Assembly: GCA_038087875.1 (NCBI GenBank)
Contig: CM075980.1
Location: 124,001-188,000, forward strand
Length of the DNA stretch: 64,000 nt
Origin: Malacoraja senta
Lineage: Eukaryota
Direction of reading: 5' to 3'
In this document: positions 35,331 through 48,800 of the stretch, piece by piece
How the letters are laid out: the number at the start of each line of letters is the position of its first letter
Position numbering within the stretch: the stretch's first letter is position 1
Notes under the pieces: model-generated
Told to the model about the DNA's origin: nothing
Database searches by the model: none
The model's input: only the letters and a program-made list of their open reading frames with translations
Made by a program: the position numbers and the translations under genes

Positions 35331-37017
35331 CTTGCCAGACCAGTGTTAGAGTTGTTTTGTCTATTGGATGCAGGATACAAGAGAAAAAAAATATTTTGCA
35401 CATCAGAAGAAACTGGAGGAATAGATCAAGGTTTAATTTCATTGATCTATAGATTTAAGTTTTGCTATTGTACAGAAGTTAAACGCTGTCTTTGTATTTT
35501 CTTGCTGAAATAAAGCTGATTTTTCATACCTCTCCTTTCTTGGCTCTGGGTTGGTACCAGACCAAGCTCACATGATCTGGGGAACTGGGTGCCCACTTGA
35601 GTGCAGTGTACCGTTCACACTGATCTTTACTTGAGAAAATGACATTACATTGGGTCTGAACTATGGAGTACCTAATCTATGCAAGAGCTGTCCAAATAGT
35701 CTGATTTATGTTCCCTATTGTCACTGAATGCTTTCTTTTAAAATTAATTATGAATTAATAACCACCTTGCAGATAGCAGACCCTAACTACTGAATGAGAG
35801 AAATTCCAGCCTCCCTGGATCTTTGGCTGACGTTTTTGAGCCTGTGATCTCTAAATGGTAGAGGAATTTAATCGTGACAAGTAAGAAGCAAATAGGGTTA
35901 GTTCAGATGCAGTAAATAGGAGGGACTTATTAATGCAAAGATCTAGGCATACAAGTCCATAGTTCCCTGAAAGTGGCAAGACAGGTCGATAGGGTGGTGG
36001 CATAGGGTGGTCCATCAGTCGTGGCATAGAACACAAGAGGGTTTGGATATTATGCTGCTACTTTATAAATTGTTAGTTAGACCAAGCTTGGGATATTGTG
36101 TGTAGTGTCACCACACTATCATTATGCTGGAGGAAGTGCTGAAAAGATTCACCAGGGTGTTTTCTGGACTGGAGGACCTGACATTTAGGAAGACCAGAAT
36201 AACAGGGTAAGGTGGTTGTGTCCAAGCCCGTGGACAGTAACCACACATCCCAAGGTGCTCTATGTATTTCTGGGGCAGGTGTCGTCAGAGAGAGAGAGGT
36301 CCCCAGTCCAAGCAAAGGAGTAATCAGTGTATGGAACCAGGGGATGTGGGCAAGGTCCTGAATGAATACTTGTCAGTATTTACCATGGGGAAGAATGTGA
36401 AGAAGGTGAGTTCAAGGATGGGTAATACGGAGCAGGTCATCATCTGGGAGAGCGGTGATAAATCCCACAGATAAAATTGTTGACAATTCATTGTAGCTCA
36501 CAACAAACACAATGACCGTGCAACAATACTTAGTCGTTGCAATTAGTTCCAAACAACTCAAAGATTCACTTTGTAGTTACAAATAAGAATGTCCCTCGCC
36601 CTTTTTCAGATAGTGTGATGAAGGCTCTTGTATTTCCGCTGCCACTGCAAGCCCCTGATCAGCTGACCATAAAAACGGGGCTCGTGGTTTAAAGTTCAAC
36701 GGTCTAAATCCAAAACACATTACTTTAAGCCATAATGAAACTGCAGCTCATGCTTTATATATAAAGTTGACACAAGGAACTACAAATGCTGAGCAAAATC
36801 CTTGCTGGAGAAGTGTCCTGACGTGAACTGTGCACGTTCTGAACAGCTGAGTTACTCCAGCGTTTTGTGATTTTTGTTTTAAATATAAAGTTGTTACAGC
36901 AAACCTACCCAACACAAGACAAATATTGACCAGTCAACAGGTGTCATAATGATTGTATATAACTGGATAAAGGTACTGATGTTTATAAAGAAATCACTCT
37001 TTATTAAGATGCTTTAG

Positions 37018-37648
37018 CTAAGTGGCATCTGGAGATTCTTTTAAAAGGTATTTAAATTGTTTTTTTCTTTCCAAATTATCTTTTGCTTTCCTTTTTTTCT
37101 CTTGTTTTTTCCACTGTTGTTCTTTTCTTTCCTTCACAACTTCACTGTTTATTCCTTTATAATAGACATCTAGTTTTTCTTGCAAAATTGATCTGGCAAT
37201 TTTTCTGTTCTGATCCACCGACCTGGTTTGATGGCACTGGAGAAAATGAAAAAGGGACATTATCTAAAGGAGACTTTGTGTTTACTATTTAGAAATATTT
37301 AAGTGAAAATAAGTATCATGGTACTTGATTACGAGTTACAATGTGAGCATGTAAAAGTTCTAAAGAGTTACCTTCACTACAATTCCAGAGGGAACGTGCT
37401 TGAGCACAACACAGTTATTGGTCTTTGTTGGTTGCCTGACCTCCTGGGCCATGTCCTCGGACAAACTGTTCAACTAAATCATCTTCAACCACAGCAGGCA
37501 GGTCCACAAAGCCCTTTTTCTCGGCAACCAAATACAACATAGTAGGCTTGATATCAAGAAATTCCTTTGCTGAGTTCCATCGTTGCACAGACAGTGTTGG
37601 TGCTCTTCGCAACAACGGCAAGAAACTGGACAGAATGGAGGAAATCAT
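37018..37648 (-). CDS. MTRFR: Mitochondrial translation release factor in rescue (C12orf65), copy 1; exons 37648-37372 and 37236-37018; 1-bp frameshift in the first coding exon
   Basis: [16 protein letters not shown] (GGQ motif) and [23 protein letters not shown], with a Lys-rich tail. An extra T at 37424-37426 makes the first coding exon 277 nt; the second exon (219 nt) is intact. Confidence 0.9.
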
Positions 37649-37732
37649 CGGGTGTGAAGCTTAGTCTTAGGCAGTATTCTGAAAAACACAAGTTAGTATT
37701 ATTTAACGTTTGTTATTTATATTAATTTATAT

Positions 37733-40197
37733 TTCAATTTTCCACACATAGACTGGGAAACACATTCTTTAAATGGGCTGGATGGGTTGGAGTTTGTAAA
37801 ATGTGTGCAGGATAGTTTTTTGCAGCAATACATAGAAGTACCTACTAGAGAAGGGGCGGTGCTGGACCTCCTGTTAGGAAATGAGACGGGTCAGGTGGCA
37901 GAGGTATGCGTTGGGGAACAGTTCGGGACCAGTGATCACAATACCATTAGTTTCAATATAATTATGGAGAGGGTCAGAACTGGACCTAGGGTTGAGATTT
38001 TTGATTGGAGAAAGGCTAACTTTGAGGAGATGCGAAAGGATTTAAAAGGAGTAAATTGGGACAGTTTGTTTTATGGGAAAGATGTGGAAGAGAAATGGAG
38101 GACATTTAAAGGTGAAATTTTAAGAGTACAGAATCTTTATGTCCCTGTTCGGTTGAAAGGAAATAGTAAGAATTGGAAAGAGCCATGGTTTTCAAGGGAA
38201 ATTGGACACTTAGTTCGGAAAAAGAGAGAGATCTACAATAATTATAGGCAGCATGGAGTAAATGAGGTGCTGGAGGAGTATAAAAAATGTAAAAAGAGTC
38301 TTAAGAAAGAAATTAGAAAAGCTAAAAGAAGATATGAGGTTGCTTTGGCAAGTAAGGTGAAAGTAAATCCAAAGGGTTTCTATAGCTATATTAATAGCAA
38401 AAGAATAACGAGGGATAAAATTGGTCCATTAGAGAGTCAGAGTGGACAGGTATCTGCAGAGCCAAAAGGGATGGGGGAGATATTGAACAATTTCTTTTCT
38501 TCGGTATTCACCAAGGAGAAGGATATTGAATTATGTGAGGTAAGGGAAACAAGTAGAGTAGCTATGGAAACTATGAGATTCAAAGAAGAGGAAGTACTGA
38601 CACTTTTGAGAAATATAAAAGTGGATAAGTCTCAGGTCCGGACAGGATATTCCCTAGGACATTGAGGGAAGTTAGTGTAGAAATAGCAGGGGCTATGACA
38701 GAAATATTTCAAATGTCATTAGAAACGGCAATAGTGCCGGAGGATTGGCGTACTGCGCATGTTGTTCAATTGTTTAAAAAGGGGTCTAAGAGTAAACCTA
38801 GCAATTATAGACCTGTTAGTTTGACGTCAGTGGTGGGCAAATTAATGGAAAGGATACTTAGAGATAATATATATAAGCATCTGGATAAACAGGGTCTGAT
38901 TAGGAACAGTCAACATGGATTTGTGCCTGGAAGGTCATGTTTGACTCATCTTCTTGAATTTTTGAAGAGGTTACTCGGGAAATTGATGAGGGTAAAGCCG
39001 TGGATGTTGTATATATGGACTTCAGTAAGGCCTTTGACAAGGTTCCTCACGGAAGGTTGGTTAAGAAGGTTCAATGGTTGGGTATTAATGGTGGAGTAGC
39101 AAGATGGATTCAACAGTGGCTGAATTGGAGATGCCAGAGAGTAATGGTGGATGGTTGTTTGTCAGGTTGGTGGCCAGTGACTAGTGGGGTGCCACAGGGA
39201 TCTGTGTTGGGTCCACTGTTGTTTGTCATGTACATCCATGATCTGGATGATGGTGTGGTAAATTGGATTAGTAAGTATGCAGATGATACTAAGATAGGTG
39301 GGGCTGTGGATAATGAAGTAGATTTTCAAAGTCTACAGAGAGATTTATGCCGGTTGGAAGAGTGGGCTGAAAGATGGCAGATGGAGTTTAATGCTGATAA
39401 GTTTGAGGTGCTACATCTTGGCAGGACAAATCAAAATAGGACGTACATGGTAAATGGTAGGGAATTGAAGAATGCAGGTGCACAGAGGGATCTTGGAATA
39501 ACTGCACAGTTCCCTGAAAGTGGAATCTCATGTAGATAGGGTGGTAAAGAAAGCTTTTGGTGTGCTGGCTTTTATAAATCAGAGCATTGAGTATATAAGT
39601 TGGGATGTAATGTTAAAATTGTACAAGGCATTGGTGAGGCCAATTCTGGAGTATGGTGTACAATTTTGGTCACCTAATTATAGGAAGGATGTCAACAAAA
39701 TAGAGAGAGTACAGAGGAGATTTACTAGAATGTTGCCTGGGTTTCAGCAACTAAGTTACAGAGAAAGGTTGAACAAGTTAGGGCTTTATTCTTTGGAGCG
39801 CAGAAGGTTAAGGGGGGACTTGATAGAGGTCTGTAAAATGACGAGAGGGATAGACAGAGTTGACGTGGATAAGCTTTTCCCACTGAGAGTAGGGAAGATT
39901 CAAACAAGGGGACATGACTTGAGAATTAAGGGACAGAAGTTTAGGGGTAACATGAGGGGGAACTTCTTTACTCAGAGAGTGGTGGCTGTGTGGAATGAGC
40001 TTCCAGTGAAGGTGGTGGAGGCAGGTTCGTTTTTCTCATTTAAAAATATATTGGATAGTTATATGGACGGGAAAGGAATGGAGGGTTATGGTCTGAGCGC
40101 AGGTATATGGGACTAGGGGAGAATACGTGTTCGGCACGGACTAGAAGGGTCGAGATGGCCTGTTCCGTGCTGTAATTGTTATATGGTTATATGGTTA
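37733..40197 (+). mobile_element. 5'-truncated CR1 LINE ORF2 (endonuclease end plus RT) in MTRFR intron 1, copy 1
   Basis: [42 protein letters not shown]; TTATATGG tail; several frameshifts. Confidence 0.95.
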
Positions 40198-40214
40198 ATG
40201 ACTTGGATGTGTAT

Positions 40215-40414
40215 NNNNNNNNNNNNNNNNNNNNNNNNNNNNNNNNNNNNNNNNNNNNNNNNNNNNNNNNNNNNNNNNNNNNNNNNNNNNNNNNNNNNNN
40301 NNNNNNNNNNNNNNNNNNNNNNNNNNNNNNNNNNNNNNNNNNNNNNNNNNNNNNNNNNNNNNNNNNNNNNNNNNNNNNNNNNNNNNNNNNNNNNNNNNNN
40401 NNNNNNNNNNNNNN
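40215..40414. other. Assembly gap (200 N)
   Basis: Exactly 200 Ns, a placeholder-sized scaffolding gap. Confidence 0.99.
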
Positions 40415-40765
40415 TTGGTATATTGTCTGTCTGTGTTATAAATATTACTTGCACATTGGAGTATGGGGAAACGCAATTTCAATCCTCTGTAACTACTTGT
40501 TGCATTATTTGAATTGACAATCAAGTTGACTTTTACTACTATACGGAATCATATTGAACAGTTGATCTAGCAGATGAACTCGGCTATTTACAGGTTGCTC
40601 CAAATGGGAACGTTTCCTATTCCCAGCCCATTACGTTGTGCAGCTGAGGAGCACAGCTATCATAACTATGATTGAAGATGACATGAAACTCAAATACCCT
40701 AATAGAATTTGTAAGAGTTTGATTACCACAATTTTGGAGTTTTAACAAAGCATGTATCTTCGTAG

Positions 40766-43700
40766 GTAAGTGTTGAAAGAGGAATGTCCTGGGAAGAAGC
40801 TACAAAGATTTGGGCAGAGCAAATGGGAACGGATGACGGCTTCTATCTGTCAATGCAGGTATGTGAAGGGAAAGGGGTGAAGTAAAGACTGTGGCTGGTG
40901 TTGTGGATCACATCCTGCTGCACGTTACAATAACACTTGTCCTTGAGCTGGAACTGAATTGGTATTAAAAGATATCCTTCCAATATCATCAAATGTCTTT
41001 TTTTTGTACATTGGCAGTGAAATGGGAGAGTACTGTACAGAACTAATTAATTAATTAATAGCAAATGTAATTATGTCCTTTTGTTCTAGATAAGAAATAA
41101 TAAAAAGACAGCAATCCTTGTGAAGGAAGTTAACATCAAGAAGAGACTGTTTATGATGTACAGACCAAACACTGGCAAACAGCTCAAGCTGGAGAATTAT
41201 ATTGACGTAAAAAAGAAGTATAAAAAGGTGAAGGGAAATTTGCTAAACAAACCTAGTGGTATGTGGACATGCCGGTTACTGACATAATGTTGCTTTGTTT
41301 CCTCAAGCAGCGCAGTGGCACGTCGCTGCCCCACAGCTCCAGGTGCAACGATCCACACACCACCGTCACTGGGTGCTCTCGCGGGTTTTCCATGTTTCTC
41401 CCTCCCTCTCTCTGGCTGGCATGGGCGTGGTGGGCCGAATGGTCTATTTTCATGCTGTGACTTTGACACATCGCAAAGATGTGCGGCTAGGGTAAATTAG
41501 CTACTGTAAATTAGTATGGTATGGGACTTTATTTGTCACATACACCGAGGTACAGTGAAATGCATTTTTGTGTACAGTTCAGTACAAGTATCACTATACA
41601 TAAGTACTAAGATACATCTTAGATAAGCATCTCAGATGCAGTGCAAGTGTATAGTAGCAGTGCACTGAGACACCAGTTTGCCGCCATTTTCAAGTTGCAG
41701 TTGCTAGGAGAATGAGGGGACGATGGCAGTAGATGAGAGAGAACAGGTTATAGGGAGTAAGTTGGGGGGTAGATTAATGGGAATGCTCACAGGTGACATT
41801 GACCCCATGATCCAAATATGACTTCCTGTGTCATGGTAATGGGGAAAGTTCTGGGTCTGGCATTGACGAAATGTTGCCATGTTTTTGATGAATGTGTTTG
41901 TGAGCATGTCTGCTGCCATATTAATAATGTTACTAACTGATGCTGTGGGCGGTGTGATCTTGAGCTCCTAACCTTTTGTGACTGCCATCGCAGGTCTCCT
42001 CTGGGGAAGCAGAGTTGCATTGGTTGGAGCAGTACAAGTCCTCTGCAGACACGTGCACTCATGCATATTGGTTAGTATCATTAACAATGTTTTAATTTGT
42101 GCTGAAGATAGACACAAATAGCTGGTGTAACTCAGCGGGACAGGCAACATCTCTGGAGAGAAAGAATGGGTGATGTTTCAGGTCAAGACCCTTCTTCAGA
42201 CTTAATTTGTGCTATTTGGTGCTGGGCTCATTGCCTTGGTACCACTACTAGTTGCCTACCACAGTCCAACTTTCTGTTTCTGTGCTATCCACTTGTTGAA
42301 TGGGTAATGGCTTCAGTTCGGTCTGTATCTTAACTCCTTGCTTGAGGTTTTCCTATCCAATTTTTAGCTGCAACTGCAGTTCAACTAACTGAGGCCTTGG
42401 CCAACAATTCCGGTGACTATGTGTAGCTCTTTACCTGGTTAGGGTTAGAGCCTGGTCTGTGGATGGGTATCGCCCTGTCATTTGATTACGTGTATGTGAA
42501 CAGCTGGATAGTGGTTTCCATATTGTAAATTGTTGCTGCAGTGAATGTGAGCAACGTTTCATATTCTGCCACCTGCTGGAACAGAGCATTCATGTCTCGC
42601 AGTCGCTTCTTGAATTAAAAAAATTGTCTTGAGTCCGAAACTAAAAATTCTGTCTTTGAACCCCTCCTACCCCTTGCCTCAACTGATGTTAGTTATGTTG
42701 GTATCTTATAGAGAAGTCTGAAGAAGGGTCCCGACCCAAAATGTCACCTATCCAGAGATGCTGCCTGATCCACTGTATTACTCCACTGTATTTTTAATAT
42801 TGTCTTATTTATTTTATCCTATAATTAGTTATGCTAGTTATGTCGTTTTCTATTCTCTGCCATTAGTCTACCTAGTGATCTGTATCATTAATTTATCAAC
42901 TTCTGAAGAGTCCAGCACTGAAATAGGCCTTTTGGTCCATAATAGACAATAGGTGCAGGAGTAGGACATTCAGCCCTTCGAGCCAGCACCACCATTTAAT
43001 GTGATCATGGCTGATCATCCTCGATCAGTACCCTGTTCCTGCCTTCTCCCCATATCCCCTGACTCCGCTATTTTTAAGAGCCCTATCTAGCTCTCTCTTG
43101 AAAGCATCCAGAGAACCTGCCTCCACCGCCCTCTGAGGCAGAGAATTCCACAGACTCACAACTCTGTGAGAAAAAGTGTTTCCTCGTCTCCGTTCTAAAT
43201 GGCTTTCTCCTTATTCTTAAACTGTGGCCCCTGATTCTGGACTCCCCCAACATCAGGAACATGTTTCCTGCCTCTAGCGTGTCCAAACCCTTAACAATCT
43301 TTTATGTTTCAATGAGATACCGTCTCATCCTTCTAAACTCCAGAGTGTACAAGCCCAGCCGCTGCATTCTCTCAGCATATGACAGTCCCGCCATCCCGGG
43401 AATTAACCTTGTAAACCTACGCTGCACTCCCTCAATAGCAAGAATGTCCTTCCTCAAATTAGGGGACCAAAACTGCACACAATACTCCGGTTGTAGTCTC
43501 ACTAGGGCTCTGTACAACTGCAGAAGGACCTCTTTGCTCCTATATTCGACTCCTCTTGTTATAAAGGCCAACATGCCATTCGCTTTCTTCACTGCCTGCT
43601 GTACCTGCATGCTTACTTTCAAAGACTGATGAACAAGGACCCCCAGATCCCGTTGTACTTCCCCTTTTCCCAACTTGACGCCATTTAGATAGTAATCGGC

Positions 43701-45838
43701 CTTCCTGTTTTTGCTACCAAAGTGGATTACCTCACATTATCCACATTAAATTTCATCTGCCATGCATCTGCCCACTCCCCCAACCTGTCCAAGTCACCCT
43801 GCATTCTCATAGCATCCTCCTCACAGTTCACACTGCCACCCAGCTTTGTGTCATCTGCAAATTTGCTAATGTTACTTTGAATCCCTTCATCCAAATCATT
43901 GATGTATATTGTAAATAGCTGCGGCCCCAGCACCGAGCCTTGCGGTACCCCACTAGTCACTGCCTGCCATTCTGAAAGGGACCCGTTAATCCCTACTCTT
44001 TGTTTCCTGTCTGCCAACAACTTCTCTCTCCATGTCAGCACTCTACCCCCAATACCATGTGCCCTAATTTTGCCCACTAATCTCCTATGTGGGACCTTAA
44101 CAAATGCTTTCTGAAAGTCCAGGTACACTACATCCACTGGCTCTCCGTTGTCAATTTTCCTAGTTACATCTTCAAAAAATTCCAGAAGATTAGTCAAGCA
44201 TGATTTCCCCTTCGTAAATCCATGCTGACTCAGACCGATCCTGTTACTGCTATCCAAACGTGAGGCTATTACATATTATATAATTGACTCCAGCATCTTC
44301 CCCACCACCGATGTCAGGCTAACTGGTCTATAATTCCCTGTTTTCTCTCCCGCCTTTCTTAAAAAGTGGGATAACATTAGCTACCCTGCAATCAACAGGA
44401 ACTGATCCTGAGTCTATAGAACATTGGAAAATTATCACCAATGCATCCACGATTTCTAGAGCCACTTCCTTAAGAACCCTGAGATGCAGGGTACTTAAGG
44501 AAGTGCTGTCTGCTGTCCATTATGCCAATTTAAACTGATCATACACTTGTGCATGGTCTATATCCTTTCATTCCCTGCCTGTTCGTGTCTTGCCTAAATG
44601 CCTCTTAATCATAAGTTTAATGTCTGCTTCCACCACATCCCCCGGCAATGCATTCCGGACACCTCCCATTCTCTGTATGTCAAGAAAACTTGCCTCAAAT
44701 CTTTAAATGTTCTACCTCTCGCATCAAAATGATGTCATCTATTTGATATTTCCACTCTGGGGGAAAAGGGCTATCTGCCCTAACTGTGCCTCTTAAATTT
44801 TATATAATTCTGTCAGGTCTCCTCTCAGGTGTCTGATGCTCCAGAGAAAACAATTCAAATTTGTCCAAACTCTCCTTACAGCTAATGCACTCCAATCTAA
44901 GCAGCATCCTGTGGAGCCTCTTCTACACCCACTCCAAGGCATTGAAATTCTGTTAGTGATCAAGTTGACACAATGTGGAGATATCATGTCCATTTCTGGA
45001 GATCCGTGTTAGTCTCTGTACTGTACACTGCACAATGACAATTAAAGATTGAATTGAATTGAATAGTCCAGCGTGCGTGTCAACAGAAGATAATCCACAG
45101 TGCACTTCCATTCTAGAAGTGTTTTTGAGGATAATGGTTTTTCAGATGCAAAACTGTTGATCGTTATTCTGTCTTGTCTTAATAGGCGCGGAAACTGCAA
45201 AAAGGTGAGCCTTGGAATGGTTTGTGAAATTGGACTGCGGTGCCGCACGTACCATGTCCTCTGCGGCTCGGTTCTTAGTGTCTGGACCAAGGTGGAAGGT
45301 GTCTTGGCGTCAGTGAGTGGGACAAATGTAAAAATGCAGATTGTGCGATTGAAAACGGAAGATGGGCAAAGGATTGTAGGTGAGTTTGTGGCCTGGTGTA
45401 TGTGTACATATCTCATTGCAGCAGTGTTTGGGGGAGTGAGGTCTGGCCTGCTGTGTGCTGATCACATCCGTTCCATAAATAAATCACTGAAGTGGTCAGA
45501 TACATTTATAGGAAAGGTTTAGAGGGATATGGGCCAAATGTGGGCGGGTGGGGCTAGTGTAGATGGGGCATCTTGGTCAGCCTGGGCAAGTTGGGCCGAA
45601 GGCCCTGTTTCCGTGCTATATGACTGGCGTAAGTGCCGGCTGCGGTGACGGCTCTGATTTTCAACCCTTTAATCTTGATTTTCTCGTCTCCGCAGGTTTG
45701 ATCATTCCTCAAAACTGTGTCTCACCGTTGGTGAACATTCTGTCGACTTCGGACCAGTCGCAGCAGCTGGCTCTGCAGCAGCAACAGATGTGGCAACAAC
45801 TGCATCCGCAGAGCATGAGCCACGTGAGCAACACATAG
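40766..45838 (+). CDS. SBNO1: Duplicate of the last five SBNO1 exons (40766-40858, 41090-41227, 41994-42070, 45186-45379, 45696-45838); probable assembly duplicate
   Basis: Matches 22733-27805 at offset +18033. No upstream exons or promoter; begins just after the N gap. Confidence 0.85.
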
Positions 45839-48800
45839 TTGCTGGCCTGAAGCCACTCCAACTGCAATTGGCAGGTGTAGCGCCCTGCGACCTTCACTAT
45901 TTGCAGGAATTCCCGGTCATGTTCCAAAGAGATTCCTTGATTAGTGAAGTATTGATGATAATAGTGACTCTGGGATTGCCTTTAATTAAATCAGAAGAAT
46001 CTGATTGAATGGGTGACAGTTGAAGGCCTGGACATTGGGACGTCTTTACTGATTTTTCTTTTCCTCCTGAAACTCTGTCGGCACTTTCTCTTCTGACACT
46101 AGCTGCTATGACTTTCAACGTCCATTTCTGCCCTTTCAGTAATGGAGGTGAGTGTGTGCCCATTCTGCACACCAGTCAAATACCTTGCCTTCAACATAAC
46201 TTCCTATGTCCTGTTCTGTAGCATGAGTGAGGCCATTCTGTGCCCTGTTACAAGTGTGGGTGCTCTGGTGCTGGAGGCATGTTGAAGGCTGCGTCACTCG
46301 CTGAAACCGCCTAGAATGTTTCATCTTAAATACAACTTAGTGCAGTAGCAGCTCCGTAGGATTTGTCCTAATTCTAGCGTGGGTTTGTTAACCTGCAGTC
46401 TTAAAAACTGAACAAACATTTATTCAGGGTTTGATTATCATGTATATCCTATAAGCAGGATGTAAATAAGATGCAAAAAATTTGCAAAAATCGCAGCATA
46501 TTTAAAAAAAAAAAAAAGAGGCAGTATATTTGAAGATTTATGAGGGCAGAGATCTAATTGCTTTATACAGAAGCTGTTTTGAATATGTTGATATGTTTCC
46601 TTTCTCCACAGTATATAATTTCTGGGTAACGACAAACTGTATGTTCTGTATTTCAGTGTTTCATGGCACAAGCTTAAATTATCTGGTGATTTTTTTTTTT
46701 TATATATTAAAATTCTCAGAACCACTTTATAACAGCTCCATCATATTTAATCGCTCCCCTGCTATTGGTTACTCATTTTCTTCCATGCAATTTTACCCAA
46801 CTCTTATAGTTTAAACCACATCCTTCAACAAACCAGAGAGCAGTTTGTATACAAACTGTCATTTGAATCATAGTGGAATATTGCAGATGACAGTAATGCA
46901 TGTCAGCATGGCTGGTGGTGGAAGTTTTAATACTGCCACTTGTCGGTCGTGAGAAGTATCAAAGCTTGTAATTCAAGTTAAAGATGTACATCTTGTACTC
47001 TTGTGCATACTGACTGATTCATGGTACATTGGTTGCACGTTTCACATGCTGGTGAAGCCAATTGCTTAGTCGGGTGTCAAATGTATGAAGGGAGTCTTTG
47101 GAGACGACTGCACTGTGTGCGGTGTCCTTAAGTGCTGTTCACACAATTCAATGCTGTTAAGTATTTAACAGAGTGTCTATATTCAGTTAGTAAAACTTGT
47201 ACTGTACAAATGTGTATAGTCTCAGCTATGATACCAATACTTTGTTTTGACTATAAATAGTTTTGTCAACTTTATCAGAATAGTGAAGGAAGTTTTGCCA
47301 TTTCAAGCTGGCACAAGTTGCACTACTGAAGATACTCAATTGTTTATAATTGTATATTTAAATTTAGAATTGTCAACAATAAGTTACTGCAAGGCACGAG
47401 GCTCTTGCAGCAAGCTATTAATAAATCATATTGTATTAATGGAAACCGGTGTAGAATTTTTAAAAGATGGAAAGAGGTGCACACTCCCTATATGTGTCTA
47501 TCTATAGGAAGGATACAGAGTATGTGTGAGCATGCGTATGGGTGTGACTGAACAGCACAAATTATAAAAAAAATAGAATATTATAAACTGGTTGTGTCTA
47601 AATTCTACTTCTGTTGCCTTGGTGAACAGTGAAGGTGTTGCAAAATGTCCTCATTTGTCTGATTATGGGGGGTTGATGATGACAGTCAGATGGTGTTTGT
47701 TAGGTTTTTATCACCAGTTTTCAAGTGTTTTATTCTTTGGCTGCCTGGTTCCTTCTGCAGTTGTCTGTGACTTGGGAACATTTGCCTTGAGAATTTAAAT
47801 CTTATTTGGCTCTGGTTCCTGAGTCACTGTATTTGTTTTCTCAATATCTATGGTGCTGGTTCTCATTGTAGTTTTTTTGTCTTTTTAAATTGGGCATCAC
47901 AAAGTCACCTCAGCTTGTGTGCACTCCACTCATTTCAATTCAATATCAAGATTCACTTGACAAATGTCGTTAATATACTTTCTGTTATGTTGGTCAAACT
48001 AAGAATATTTGGCCTTGGTAATTGTAAAGCTTTACTCTCCCTGTCTATTTATGATGCCGTTCAGAGCTCTCGTTAATGAATGATGAATAATAGTTTAATT
48101 TCTTCATGTGGGTTTTGTCAGCTCACTTCCAAACTAACCACTACAATTCTGCAATAAAGTGAGACTTTAGGATCCGTTGTACAGCGGTGTTGATGTCAAC
48201 TGGCTGCTTTGTCGTTTCCTCCCTGCAATCCTCTCCTTAATCCTTAAAAAATTGGGTTAATTGATGTGCAGAGGTTGAGCTGAATTCAAACAATAATAAA
48301 GACTAAATGTTATCGGTAAGGAGCATCTGGTAGCTGAGTCTCCTGCTTTGGTGCCAGAGACCCAGGTTTGATCCTGACCTTGGCTGCTCTCGGTGTGGAG
48401 TTTGCATGTTCTCAATGTGACCATGTGGGTTTTCTCCCACATCCCAAAGAAATGTGGGTTTGTAGGTTAATTGGCCTTTGTAAATTGCCCCGAGTGCAGG
48501 GAGTGGATGCAAAAGTGGGATCATGTAGAACCAGTGAGATTGTGGACCTGGTGGGTTGATGGGCATGTTTCCAAGCTGTATCTCTAACAGGTGCAGGGAA
48601 AAGGATTAGAAAATAGTTAAGAAGAAAAGGATACCCAGAAATAAAAGTATTAAATGAGGAGAAAGGTTAATGTCATTACAGTAAACCAGGAGCAGCAAGG
48701 GGCAGGCAAGTTCCATCTGCACCTTAGAAGCATTCAAAAGAGTAGCAAGTATTTAGGGCCAACATCTTCCTGTAAGTGTTGTAGTTATAATAAGCTCATG

